A DNA stretch of 64,000 bases from an uncultured Poribacteria bacterium (GTDB lineage Bacteria > Poribacteria > WGA-4E > WGA-3G): the NCBI GenBank assembly GCA_951813545.1, contig OX638352.1, positions 4,736,835 to 4,800,834 of the forward strand, in the 5' to 3' direction. A program made the position numbers and the translations under genes. Below, in pieces: positions 56,502 through 64,000 of the stretch. Numbering within the stretch: the stretch's first letter is position 1; each line of letters starts with the position of its first letter. Below the pieces are notes generated by a model. It did no database searches, was not told the origin of the DNA, and saw only the letters and a program-made list of their open reading frames with translations.

Positions 56502-57821
56502 TTACCGCCTATAATCTGCTGGCAACAGTCGATGCACAGTATCAATCACTAACTGCTCGACACCGGTGGCAAATCGCGTCGGTGGACCAAAATAAAGCAT
56601 CGCACCGCCCCCTTCATAGCCGCCTTCGGCTAACACACGTTCCGACGGGATATAGCACGGAAACGCGTTCGCATACGCACCTACCCACAGCCTTTCAACA
56701 TCCAATTCGCGCTTCAGGCGCAGTGAATAATCAACCACGACTTCACTCGCAAGGAAAACAACGGCGAGTTCATCACCGAAACTCCACGCTTGTACGGGAT
56801 AGGAGAGTTCCGTTTGTATGGGTTGTCCTTTCTGTAAACGTTCGAGGTGTTTCTGGGCATGATAGGCATCCGAACCACCTCCTGCAACTCGTGCCTCCCA
56901 TTCTTCACGGGTCGGTAGTGTATCAAACGGCAGATTAACTCTTTCAAACGCGCCGGTCGGGACCTTGGAGATTGGCTTGGTATCTCTCTTCAGCATCTGT
57001 TGAATTTCCTTTGAAAGTGCTTCCCCGTGTGTTTTCGCATAGGCAAGGCGAGTACTAAAGACTTCTTCTTGTCCATCCGGCATCGGCATCATCCGTGATT
57101 CGGGGTTCGCATCGGCACCACATCCGATTGTGATTAAAGCGGTTACACCGGGAAGTGCGTCTTGGATTGCGTCTTGTGCGTATCCTGCCCAGTCGCCACA
57201 GATGTGGTTGTCTGTGCCAGCCAACGTTGTACAGTGGCAGGCGTAACTTGCCCACACGGCGCGTAATGTACCGTCTAAACCTGCGACCTGCATACACGGC
57301 AACGAGTGATCTACCGGTCCACCTTCGGTTCGCCGATTTTTGGCGAATCCGAGTTCACCGATACTCCATGTCAACCGGGACGGTTCCCGATTCGCGAGTG
57401 CTTCCAGTGCGACGGCTTCCATCCAATCAGTGATTTGATTGGTATAGTGCTCAATCGTTTCCTGTTGTTCTGAGGGGATATCCGAGCTGAATAAAAATGG
57501 TGCAGCGTTTGTTAGACAGGGCGCGCTATGCGTGTGTGTGAAACATGCTGCAAAGTGGGCGCGGGAGATCCCCGTTTTCTGCTTGATTCGGCGCGACACC
57601 TCTTCGGTTAGTTCATCCGGTAAACCGCAATTTTCGACTGTCACTAAAACAACAGGATCATCTGCATCGCTGCCGATAGCGAGTGCCTTCGACCATATCC
57701 GCTGGATAATACCGTCAGATTCTGCGCGACGGCTTCCGTAACCGCTGAGCCGAATCGGATAATCTGGCGTAATATCTACTTCGGCGACACCAATCTGAAT
57801 AACACTATTTTTATCTGCCAT
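56502..57821 (-). CDS. Neutral/alkaline ceramidase-like hydrolase (N-terminal domain family)
   Basis: N-terminal IGVAEVDITPDYPIRLSGYG resembles the ceramidase GxAxxDITP start; 439 aa. Confidence 0.5.
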   Translation of the reverse strand: MADKNSVIQIGVAEVDITPDYPIRLSGYGSRRAESDGIIQRIWSKALAIGSDADDPVVLVTVENCGLPDELTEEVSRRIKQKTGISRAHFAACFTHTHSAPCLTNAAPFLFSSDIPSEQQETIEHYTNQITDWMEAVALEALANREPSRLTWSIGELGFAKNRRTEGGPVDHSLPCMQVAGLDGTLRAVWASYACHCTTLAGTDNHICGDWAGYAQDAIQDALPGVTALITIGCGADANPESRMMPMPDGQEEVFSTRLAYAKTHGEALSKEIQQMLKRDTKPISKVPTGAFERVNLPFDTLPTREEWEARVAGGGSDAYHAQKHLERLQKGQPIQTELSYPVQAWSFGDELAVVFLASEVVVDYSLRLKRELDVERLWVGAYANAFPCYIPSERVLAEGGYEGGGAMLYFGPPTRFATGVEQLVIDTVHRLLPADYRR

Positions 57822-57840
57822 ATCGAGTTACCTCCGTGAA

Positions 57841-59004
57841 TTAGAATCGTAGAGTGAACGCGAATAGATGTTTGTTTGATTCATCGGTGAAATTTTCGAT
57901 GTCTGTAGCGTATTCCAAATATGTGGTACCAAGCCTTAGACCGACACCAAGGTAGAGATGAAAGTCTGAATTCGCTCGTCCGGCACCGGCTCGGAGTGCC
58001 ACGGTTTTTGGAGCTGCTCCTGTCCACGTTTTGTGTAATTCACCGCCAATAGCAAAACCAATTCCTCCTTGCCCTATGTCCCGCCAGAGATCTGTCGCTA
58101 CTGTAACCCATTGCAGGGGTTCATAAGCAGCGCCGATGCCGAGGCGGAATGGGAAGGGTTCCACCAAATCTGCGCGCAGGACGTTTTCAAAAAGGATACC
58201 GATCTGCAGCGGTGGGTTCATCTGCGCTGCGTCGAACCAAATCTCTCTTTGAAAACCGATATCCAGTTCTAATCGGTTGACTGTTCTCTCAAGTGTCGGC
58301 TGTCGTTCGTGGACAATCTCCCGAATCCGATCCCCAAATTGCAATTCGTCAACGATTGCCTCAATCAGTTCTTCGGGGATTTCTACGTCTACTTCAGGTC
58401 CGTGGCGTGCAGCTAAATTTAAAGTCGAGATTGCCGTGCCTCGGTCTACAACTTGCCGCACCCATCTCAAACGCGCACCGGCTGCTGATTTTCCGAATTT
58501 GTGACTGAATCCTGTTATCCAACTTCCTTCTTGGAGCAGATTGTAGTCCGTGAATAGATCCGTTGTGGCGGTAAATTGACGAGAGTTTCGGTTATATTCG
58601 GCATAGGTTCGGTCAAATGTAAAGTTCACAAAATTCGAGGATCTCGCGGCATAGCCGACACTTATGCCCCATTTACCGAACGCGGATGAATAATAGAGTG
58701 CCGGTGAAACGTCTATGTTGACTTCAGCGACGAATTGTGTCGTTCCGTGTTTCGGTAATTCTGACCAGTGGATATTCTCAGCCGCAATGCCGAGCGCGAG
58801 GTTATGGTGTTTAACGTACACGAGCGAGGCAGGGTTCCCAAATACACCGGCATCATCTGTAAGCGTTGCGATACGGGTGCCGCCCATCCCAGTAATGCGG
58901 AGCATCTCGTTTGCTGTGCTGGATGATGGTATGATTGCGGCTAAGATACAAAATGCCAAAGAAGTGGTGAAGTATCGACATCTCGTTCTATTGTGAATCC
59001 ACAC
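57841..59004 (-). CDS. Outer-membrane beta-barrel protein (PorV/PorQ-like features, uncertain)
   Basis: Signal peptide. Alternating beta-strand pattern. C-terminal aromatic residue (…FTLRF). Confidence 0.45.
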   Translation of the reverse strand: MWIHNRTRCRYFTTSLAFCILAAIIPSSSTANEMLRITGMGGTRIATLTDDAGVFGNPASLVYVKHHNLALGIAAENIHWSELPKHGTTQFVAEVNIDVSPALYYSSAFGKWGISVGYAARSSNFVNFTFDRTYAEYNRNSRQFTATTDLFTDYNLLQEGSWITGFSHKFGKSAAGARLRWVRQVVDRGTAISTLNLAARHGPEVDVEIPEELIEAIVDELQFGDRIREIVHERQPTLERTVNRLELDIGFQREIWFDAAQMNPPLQIGILFENVLRADLVEPFPFRLGIGAAYEPLQWVTVATDLWRDIGQGGIGFAIGGELHKTWTGAAPKTVALRAGAGRANSDFHLYLGVGLRLGTTYLEYATDIENFTDESNKHLFAFTLRF

Positions 59005-59911
59005 TCATCACCTCAGCGAAAATGTCTTCCAGCGAATATTTCACCTCGCGTAATTGACGGAGTTGGACACGGGTATCATAAGCGAGTTTGAAGAAGAAAT
59101 TTGTATCTGTCTGCGACAGACTTCCGGACGTAACTCGGAGGCGTTTATCTGGACGTAGTTCAACCTGATAGTTGTGGCGTTCTAAAGCTGCAATGTAAGA
59201 TTCGCTGTCACCCACAATCTTTAGGTCGAAGGATTGTCCTTTGTTGTCTTTGAGTGCTTCTATCTGCCCGTGAATGGCAACGCTGCCGTGTGAAAGGGCA
59301 ACGATCTCTTGACATGCGAACTCCACATCGGGAAGTAGATGCGAGGACAAAATTACATTGATGCCTTTATCCGTTGCAATGTCTTTGACGAGTTCCAGCA
59401 TCTCCTCCCTGCCACTCGTATCCATCCCATTCGTTGGTTCGTCAAGGAGTAGCAACTTTGGATCGTGCGCCAGTGCTTGTGCTAACTTCACGCGCTGTTT
59501 CATACCGACTGAGTAGCCGTCTATGTTCCGATAACGCTCTTCATCCAAACCGACGTAATAAAGCACCTCATGTGCGCGTTGTAGGGCATCGCGTTTCGGC
59601 ATTCCACAGAGTTCCCCCGCATAAGAGACAAGCTGAACAGCATTCATACCCTGAATTAAACATTCATCTTCCGGCATGTACCCGATCTGTTTCCGAATCT
59701 CCAATGGATCTGTTTGCACATCCAGCCCGAACACGGCGGCTGTGCCTTGATTCGGTTGGACGAAGCCGAGCAGTGTTTTTAGCAAGGTGCTTTTTCCTGC
59801 CCCATTAGGCCCGAGTAAACCGACAGCACCGCCTTGTACCTCCAATGAGAGGTTATCCAGTGCAGTCGTTGTACCGAAAAAGAGTGAGACGTTTTTTATT
59901 TCAATAAGCAT
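58988..59911 (-). CDS. ABC transporter ATP-binding protein (ABC-2 type)
   Basis: Walker A GLLGPNGAGKSTL. Signature GMKQRVKLAQAL. Walker B LLLLDEPTNGMD. Confidence 0.8.
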   Translation of the reverse strand: MLIEIKNVSLFFGTTTALDNLSLEVQGGAVGLLGPNGAGKSTLLKTLLGFVQPNQGTAAVFGLDVQTDPLEIRKQIGYMPEDECLIQGMNAVQLVSYAGELCGMPKRDALQRAHEVLYYVGLDEERYRNIDGYSVGMKQRVKLAQALAHDPKLLLLDEPTNGMDTSGREEMLELVKDIATDKGINVILSSHLLPDVEFACQEIVALSHGSVAIHGQIEALKDNKGQSFDLKIVGDSESYIAALERHNYQVELRPDKRLRVTSGSLSQTDTNFFFKLAYDTRVQLRQLREVKYSLEDIFAEVMSVDSQ

Positions 59912-60047
59912 TTTAATTATGGTAGATTTTAGAATTACTTGTACACTTTGTATCGGCGAGGTTACAAATCTCGCTTACCGAGGGTGAAAGTGTCTCTCAC
60001 TTTACCGCGAAAGCCGTTTTCGGACATCGGACGAAAACGAATGAGGA

Positions 60048-61121
60048 TTAACAATTAAAAATTCGTTTTACGCGTGTACCTATCTGTGTTAAGATTTCAT
60101 ACGAGATTGTTCCAGCACGGTGCGCAACTTCATCGACAGTGATTTCTGCGTCCCCTTGTTTTCCTATCAGTACCACTTCATCACCGACGGATACATTATC
60201 TGAGGGGTCAAGTCGCACTACGCTTACATCCATGCAAACCCTTCCGGTAATTGGGCGGCGTGCTCCACCAATCAATACTTCGCCACTGTTGGAAAGCGCG
60301 CACGGATAGCCATCGCCGTAGCCTATCTGAACCATCGCTACGCGGGTTTGATGCCGTGCCTTATAAGTCAATCCGTAACTTACGCCTTCCGCTTCTGAGA
60401 TAGAACCTATCCAACCGACGTGTGTCTTCCATGTAAGTGCCGGTTTTAATAGGATAGGTTTTTCAGTCGCAGGGTAAACCCCGTATAGGCTCAAACCGGG
60501 ACGGACGCCATCGAAATAGGACTCAGGGACTGAAAGTGCCGCGGCACTGTTTGCCGCGTGAACCATCTTTCCATCAACATTCGCAAGGATAGACGCAAAC
60601 CGCTTTAATTGAACAGAAACAAAACTTTTATCTGCCTCATCCGCAGTAGCGAGATGTGTAAACAGTCCCTCAACCTCAAGCCGATGCAGCGTTTTCAGTT
60701 TGCTGAAAAACGTCATCGCTTCTGTATAGTACACACCGCTCCGGTTCATACCGGTGTTGATGTTGACATGCACCTTTGTAGAAGCAACCTCGTTCAATGC
60801 CTTTGAAAACTCCCAATCACCTATCGTTGGTGTCAATCCATATTCAAGTATTGGTGCTGCCTGCGTAGGTAAAGAACTAAACAGAACCAGAATCGGTTTG
60901 TGAATATCCGCTTGACGTAGTGCAATCCCTTCCTCAACCGTTGCAACTGCAAACATATCAGCGGTTGCGTCCAATACCTCTGCAACACGGACTGCACCGT
61001 GCCCGTAGGCATCCGCTTTTATAACTGCTATTAGTTTTTTGCCGGTATGCTTCTTGATGGCTTCAGCATTTTGTTGGATTGCCTGTAGATCGATTTCTGT
61101 GTATGTTCGGAGGTAATGCAT
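60048..61121 (-). CDS. alr: Alanine racemase
   Basis: PLP-lysine motif AVIKADAYGHGAV. Start taken at the internal Met (MHYLRTYTEIDL); coordinate is +/-1 nt. Confidence 0.85.
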   Translation of the reverse strand: MHYLRTYTEIDLQAIQQNAEAIKKHTGKKLIAVIKADAYGHGAVRVAEVLDATADMFAVATVEEGIALRQADIHKPILVLFSSLPTQAAPILEYGLTPTIGDWEFSKALNEVASTKVHVNINTGMNRSGVYYTEAMTFFSKLKTLHRLEVEGLFTHLATADEADKSFVSVQLKRFASILANVDGKMVHAANSAAALSVPESYFDGVRPGLSLYGVYPATEKPILLKPALTWKTHVGWIGSISEAEGVSYGLTYKARHQTRVAMVQIGYGDGYPCALSNSGEVLIGGARRPITGRVCMDVSVVRLDPSDNVSVGDEVVLIGKQGDAEITVDEVAHRAGTISYEILTQIGTRVKRIFNC

Positions 61122-61202
61122 GTCGTCTTTTAACCTTGTGGTGTCAACAGAAAAATTATACCACAACCAACACAAATTTGCGAGGATTTTCACGTAGAAA
61201 CG

Positions 61203-61991
61203 CTATTGCGCATTCTGCTTTTTGGAGGTTGTGGCACCACCTTGAAACCACAAGAACAGCAGAATAAACACGATTGAATTCGCCAATAGCATTGTTGAGA
61301 TGGCGTTGATTTTTGGCGTGATACCGAATTTCAGTAGCGAATAGATGTGCACAGACAGGGTCGTATAACCGACACCAGCGGTGAAGAATGTGATGACAAA
61401 GTCGTCTATGGAAAGCGTGAAGGCAAGCAGCGCTCCTCCGATAATTCCCGAAGCAATGAGCGGAAGTGTTATCCGCCAAAACGTCTGCCATTCATTCGCC
61501 CCAAGGTCGCGAGCTGCCTCCTCTAACGTATTATCATAGCCTTGTAGGCGCGCCCGCACGACAATGGTGACGTACGCGATATTAAAAACGCCGTGTGCAA
61601 TAATCACAGTGATTAAGCCTAAGGGAATACGGACTTGCACATAGAAAGTCAATAGCGCAATTGCCAATACGATGTCTGGAATGATAATCGGGAGGTAAAG
61701 GTACCGCACGAGGGCAGTTCGGAAACGGAACCGGTATCGCTCTATAGCGAGCGCAGCTGCTGTTCCGATAACGGTAGCGATGACGGTGGCAACGCCTGCT
61801 ACCATAAGGCTGTTTCTACAGGCGCGCCATAGTGCTTCATCTTCAAACAGTTTCGCATACCAACCGAATGTGAATCCTTCCCAAACGGAGATTTGCTCGC
61901 CGCTGTTGAATGAGAATATCACAACGGCTAAGATCGGAACGTAGAGGAAAAGAAAAACTAATCCTATGTTAACTTCAAGAATCCGTTTCAT
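61203..61991 (-). CDS. ABC transporter permease (PotC-like, spermidine/putrescine type)
   Basis: Six TM helices. EAA-like loop EAARDLGANEWQTFWRITLPL. Confidence 0.75.
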   Translation of the reverse strand: MKRILEVNIGLVFLFLYVPILAVVIFSFNSGEQISVWEGFTFGWYAKLFEDEALWRACRNSLMVAGVATVIATVIGTAAALAIERYRFRFRTALVRYLYLPIIIPDIVLAIALLTFYVQVRIPLGLITVIIAHGVFNIAYVTIVVRARLQGYDNTLEEAARDLGANEWQTFWRITLPLIASGIIGGALLAFTLSIDDFVITFFTAGVGYTTLSVHIYSLLKFGITPKINAISTMLLANSIVFILLFLWFQGGATTSKKQNAQ

Positions 61992-62000
61992 TTTTTAATT

Positions 62001-62129
62001 TTGCCCTAACGGGAGCTGTCAGGTTGCCTTAGGTAGTAGGCAATGCATTCAAGAATCCGCTTTCGCCTTCGGCTACAGGCCTTGGCTGAGTTTTTGTTTG
62101 CCCTAACTGGAGTTGTCAGGTTGCCTTAG
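62001..62129. repeat. Pair of 32-bp direct repeats in the potC/potB intergenic region
   Basis: TTGCCCTAACGGGAGCTGTCAGGTTGCCTTAG at 62001..62032 and TTGCCCTAACTGGAGTTGTCAGGTTGCCTTAG at 62098..62129. The palindrome TTGCCT-AGGTAGT-AGGCAA lies between them. Confidence 0.8.
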
Positions 62130-62964
62130 ACTCATCCTGTTGTAAGGCACGGAAGTACAGTACGGTACTGACCAGAACTATCCCCATGAGCATGAATGAG
62201 AGTGAAGAGCCGAAGGGCCAATCTCGCGCTGTTTTGAATTGCCGTTCAATAACATTACCGATATAGCTCACTTTTCCACCGCCGAGGAGGTCCGGCGTTA
62301 GGAACGCACCCACCGTCGGGATAAAAACTAACATGGATCCAGCGAGGATACCGGGGAGGCTGAGCGGCACGGTTACGTGCCAAAATGCACGTCGGGGTGA
62401 TGCGCCTAAATCTTGAGCGGCTTCAAGCAAGGACATATCTAATTGTTCCAACGCTGCATACAGTGGGAGTATCATAAAAGGTAGGTATCCGTAAACGAGT
62501 CCTATTTGCACGGCGAACGGCGTGTTTAGCAGTTCTAATGGACTCCAGTTAGGGAATACGGATCCCAAGAGACTGTTTAGGAGTCCTTCTGTGCGTAAAA
62601 TCAGTATCCATGCATAGGTTCGGATAAGGAAGTTCGTCCAGAATGGGACGACGACGAGTAGTAGTAAAATGCTTCGGTGTTTTGGTTTATAGCGTGCCAG
62701 ATAGTAGGCGAACGGATAACCAAGTAATAGGCAGATCGCGGTGCAAACTAACGCCGTTGACGCTGATCGCCAGAGGATACCGAGATATAGTCCATCAAAC
62801 AGGCGTTGGTAGTTTTCGAGTGTGAAGTTCCATTGGACTCCGCCATAAGTTCCGCGTTCCAGAAAGCTATAAATGAAGACGGATACAAGCGGGAGCAGGA
62901 AGAAACAAACAAGCCAGAATACAACGGGAAAGAGGAGTATCAAGAGGTGGTAATTACGACGCAT
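62116..62964 (-). CDS. ABC transporter permease (PotB-like)
   Basis: EAA loop EAAQDLGASPRRAFWHVTVPL. Start taken at the internal Met (MRRNYHLLILLF), because the ORF-track start overlaps the upstream gene. Confidence 0.7.
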   Translation of the reverse strand: MRRNYHLLILLFPVVFWLVCFFLLPLVSVFIYSFLERGTYGGVQWNFTLENYQRLFDGLYLGILWRSASTALVCTAICLLLGYPFAYYLARYKPKHRSILLLLVVVPFWTNFLIRTYAWILILRTEGLLNSLLGSVFPNWSPLELLNTPFAVQIGLVYGYLPFMILPLYAALEQLDMSLLEAAQDLGASPRRAFWHVTVPLSLPGILAGSMLVFIPTVGAFLTPDLLGGGKVSYIGNVIERQFKTARDWPFGSSLSFMLMGIVLVSTVLYFRALQQDESKAT

Positions 62965-62980
62965 ATTTGTTTTGGAAACG

Positions 62981-63496
62981 CTAGCTACTGTTATCACAGA
63001 TAGAATCAACGTGGACTCCATGATTTGCAAGTGCGGTATTAAATTCCTTCCAACCACTATCGTCTGCTATTAGAATCGGTGCCTCTTGTTCAGAATCGCT
63101 CTGATAGGCAAGGACAACCGCAACAAACTTTCTATCCTTCTTGTGAAAGTTTTTTAATGATGCATCATCGTTAGGAAACTCTTCAAAATCGGTACCATTT
63201 CCAGCCAACGGGGTAATATGTACCATAATAACCTTTTCTTGTTCTCCTTTCCGCCACATTCTTCTCACCAACTCTTGCCAGAACCGATCTCCAAACCCAC
63301 GTCCCTTTTCGTTTAAGTTATTCCTGTACTCTTGAATTATTCGCTTCTTATCATCAAGTAGCACTTTCTCAGAACCTCTGAGAATCTGAGCAAGTCGTGC
63401 TTGACATCGAATGACACATTCTTCGGTTGTCTGTGGAGCCGCTTCCGTCCCATTTGCGATAACCAACACGTTCGTATCAATTATGACTGCGTCCAT
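62981..63496 (-). CDS. Hypothetical small protein; possible TOPRIM-like partner of the upstream ATPase
   Basis: ATG at 63496 overlaps the upstream TGA (TGATG). An acidic residue sits near the N-terminus (VIANGTE) and an ILIADDSGW D-x-D-like motif near the C-terminus. Assignment is weak. Confidence 0.35.
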   Translation of the reverse strand: MDAVIIDTNVLVIANGTEAAPQTTEECVIRCQARLAQILRGSEKVLLDDKKRIIQEYRNNLNEKGRGFGDRFWQELVRRMWRKGEQEKVIMVHITPLAGNGTDFEEFPNDDASLKNFHKKDRKFVAVVLAYQSDSEQEAPILIADDSGWKEFNTALANHGVHVDSICDNSS

Positions 63497-64000
63497 CAAT
63501 CCTCCGGATTCTGCTCTTTCATCCGTTTAGCTTGTGCATCAGTCATGGCAAATAAGTCCCCCATCACTTCACCAAAGAAATTTTCCGGCCAGTTTTTAAT
63601 GTTACCGAGTTCATCAATTTCCAGGGTCGTAATACTAGAAACTCCATTCTCATTTTCGCAGAAATAGAGTGCTGTGTCATTCGCACAAATCTTTTCTTCC
63701 GCAATCCGCAGTTGTAAGCGGGTCAATAGATGTTCGCTGTGGCTCTCTACCAGAATCTGAAGTTTACGTTCGGTGACAACCTCTATCAGCAGGTCTGCGA
63801 GTTGGGATTGAACCTTCGGATGGAGATGGATACCGGGTTGTTCCAGAATCAGGGTTGAACCCGCTGGAGCATAGTAGCAAAGCACTAAGACCGGCAAAAA
63901 TTGCGATAATCCGTATCCCATATCCGCTAATGTTACTTTTGTCCCACTTCCATTCTTTTGGATGCGAACGTCGTAATTTTTTTCACTCCGCGAGCCAGTT
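63496..64000 (-). CDS. OLD/SMC-like ABC ATPase (AAA_21/DUF3696-like), C-terminal fragment; N-terminus lies beyond the window
   Basis: Walker B / D-loop region LILEQPGIHLHP and H-loop ILVESHSEHLL. The ORF continues to the window edge. Confidence 0.55.
   Translation of the reverse strand, partial: TGSRSEKNYDVRIQKNGSGTKVTLADMGYGLSQFLPVLVLCYYAPAGSTLILEQPGIHLHPKVQSQLADLLIEVVTERKLQILVESHSEHLLTRLQLRIAEEKICANDTALYFCENENGVSSITTLEIDELGNIKNWPENFFGEVMGDLFAMTDAQAKRMKEQNPED

Overview
This is a 64-kb bacterial chromosomal window of roughly 50% GC, probably from a Gram-negative, uncultivated-type lineage: it has lipoprotein signal peptides, an outer-membrane beta-barrel and a LolCDE/MacB-like ABC transporter. 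About 60 genes are dense and strand-clustered. Housekeeping genes (purC, dapF, dapA, dus, alr, disA, a PpiB-type cyclophilin, PotB/PotC-like permeases, several Gfo/Idh/MocA oxidoreductases, pterin-4a-carbinolamine dehydratase) are interleaved with accessory content.

The accessory content, in order:
- A complete type I restriction-modification operon, hsdM-hsdS-hsdR plus an M48/YgjP-like peptidase, at 102..7877.
- A PIN-domain toxin with an oversized upstream partner, next to a convergent HNH nuclease (28557..30771).
- An HNH-TPR fusion next to a PD-(D/E)xK-like protein (54290..56474).
- An OLD-family ABC-ATPase fragment plus a small partner at the right edge (62981..64000).
- An orphan HicB-like gene (50986..51255).
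- A plus-strand cluster (30951..37124) of two formylglycine-generating-enzyme-like proteins, a di-haem cytochrome c peroxidase, and three paralogous secreted proteins of unknown family.
- An operon (37437..44344) of a DHH-like mini-protein, a PQQ-like beta-propeller, an M16C peptidase and a second PQQ-like propeller.
- An AhpD/CMD-family gene that the ORF track splits in two at an in-frame TGA. The TGA sits exactly at the catalytic CxxC position and is followed by a hairpin, so the gene is a candidate selenoprotein. It lies in an operon with a novel four-repeat Cys-motif protein and an SDR reductase.

The non-coding DNA is unusually structured:
- A 5 x 120-bp tandem array abuts the M16 peptidase start codon.
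- A 9 x 31-bp tandem array has a solo copy 10 kb away.
- Two copies of a ~117-bp MITE-like element have 11-bp terminal inverted repeats and a conserved GC hairpin.
- Several recurring hairpins are terminator-like.

No rRNA, tRNA or CRISPR arrays were seen.
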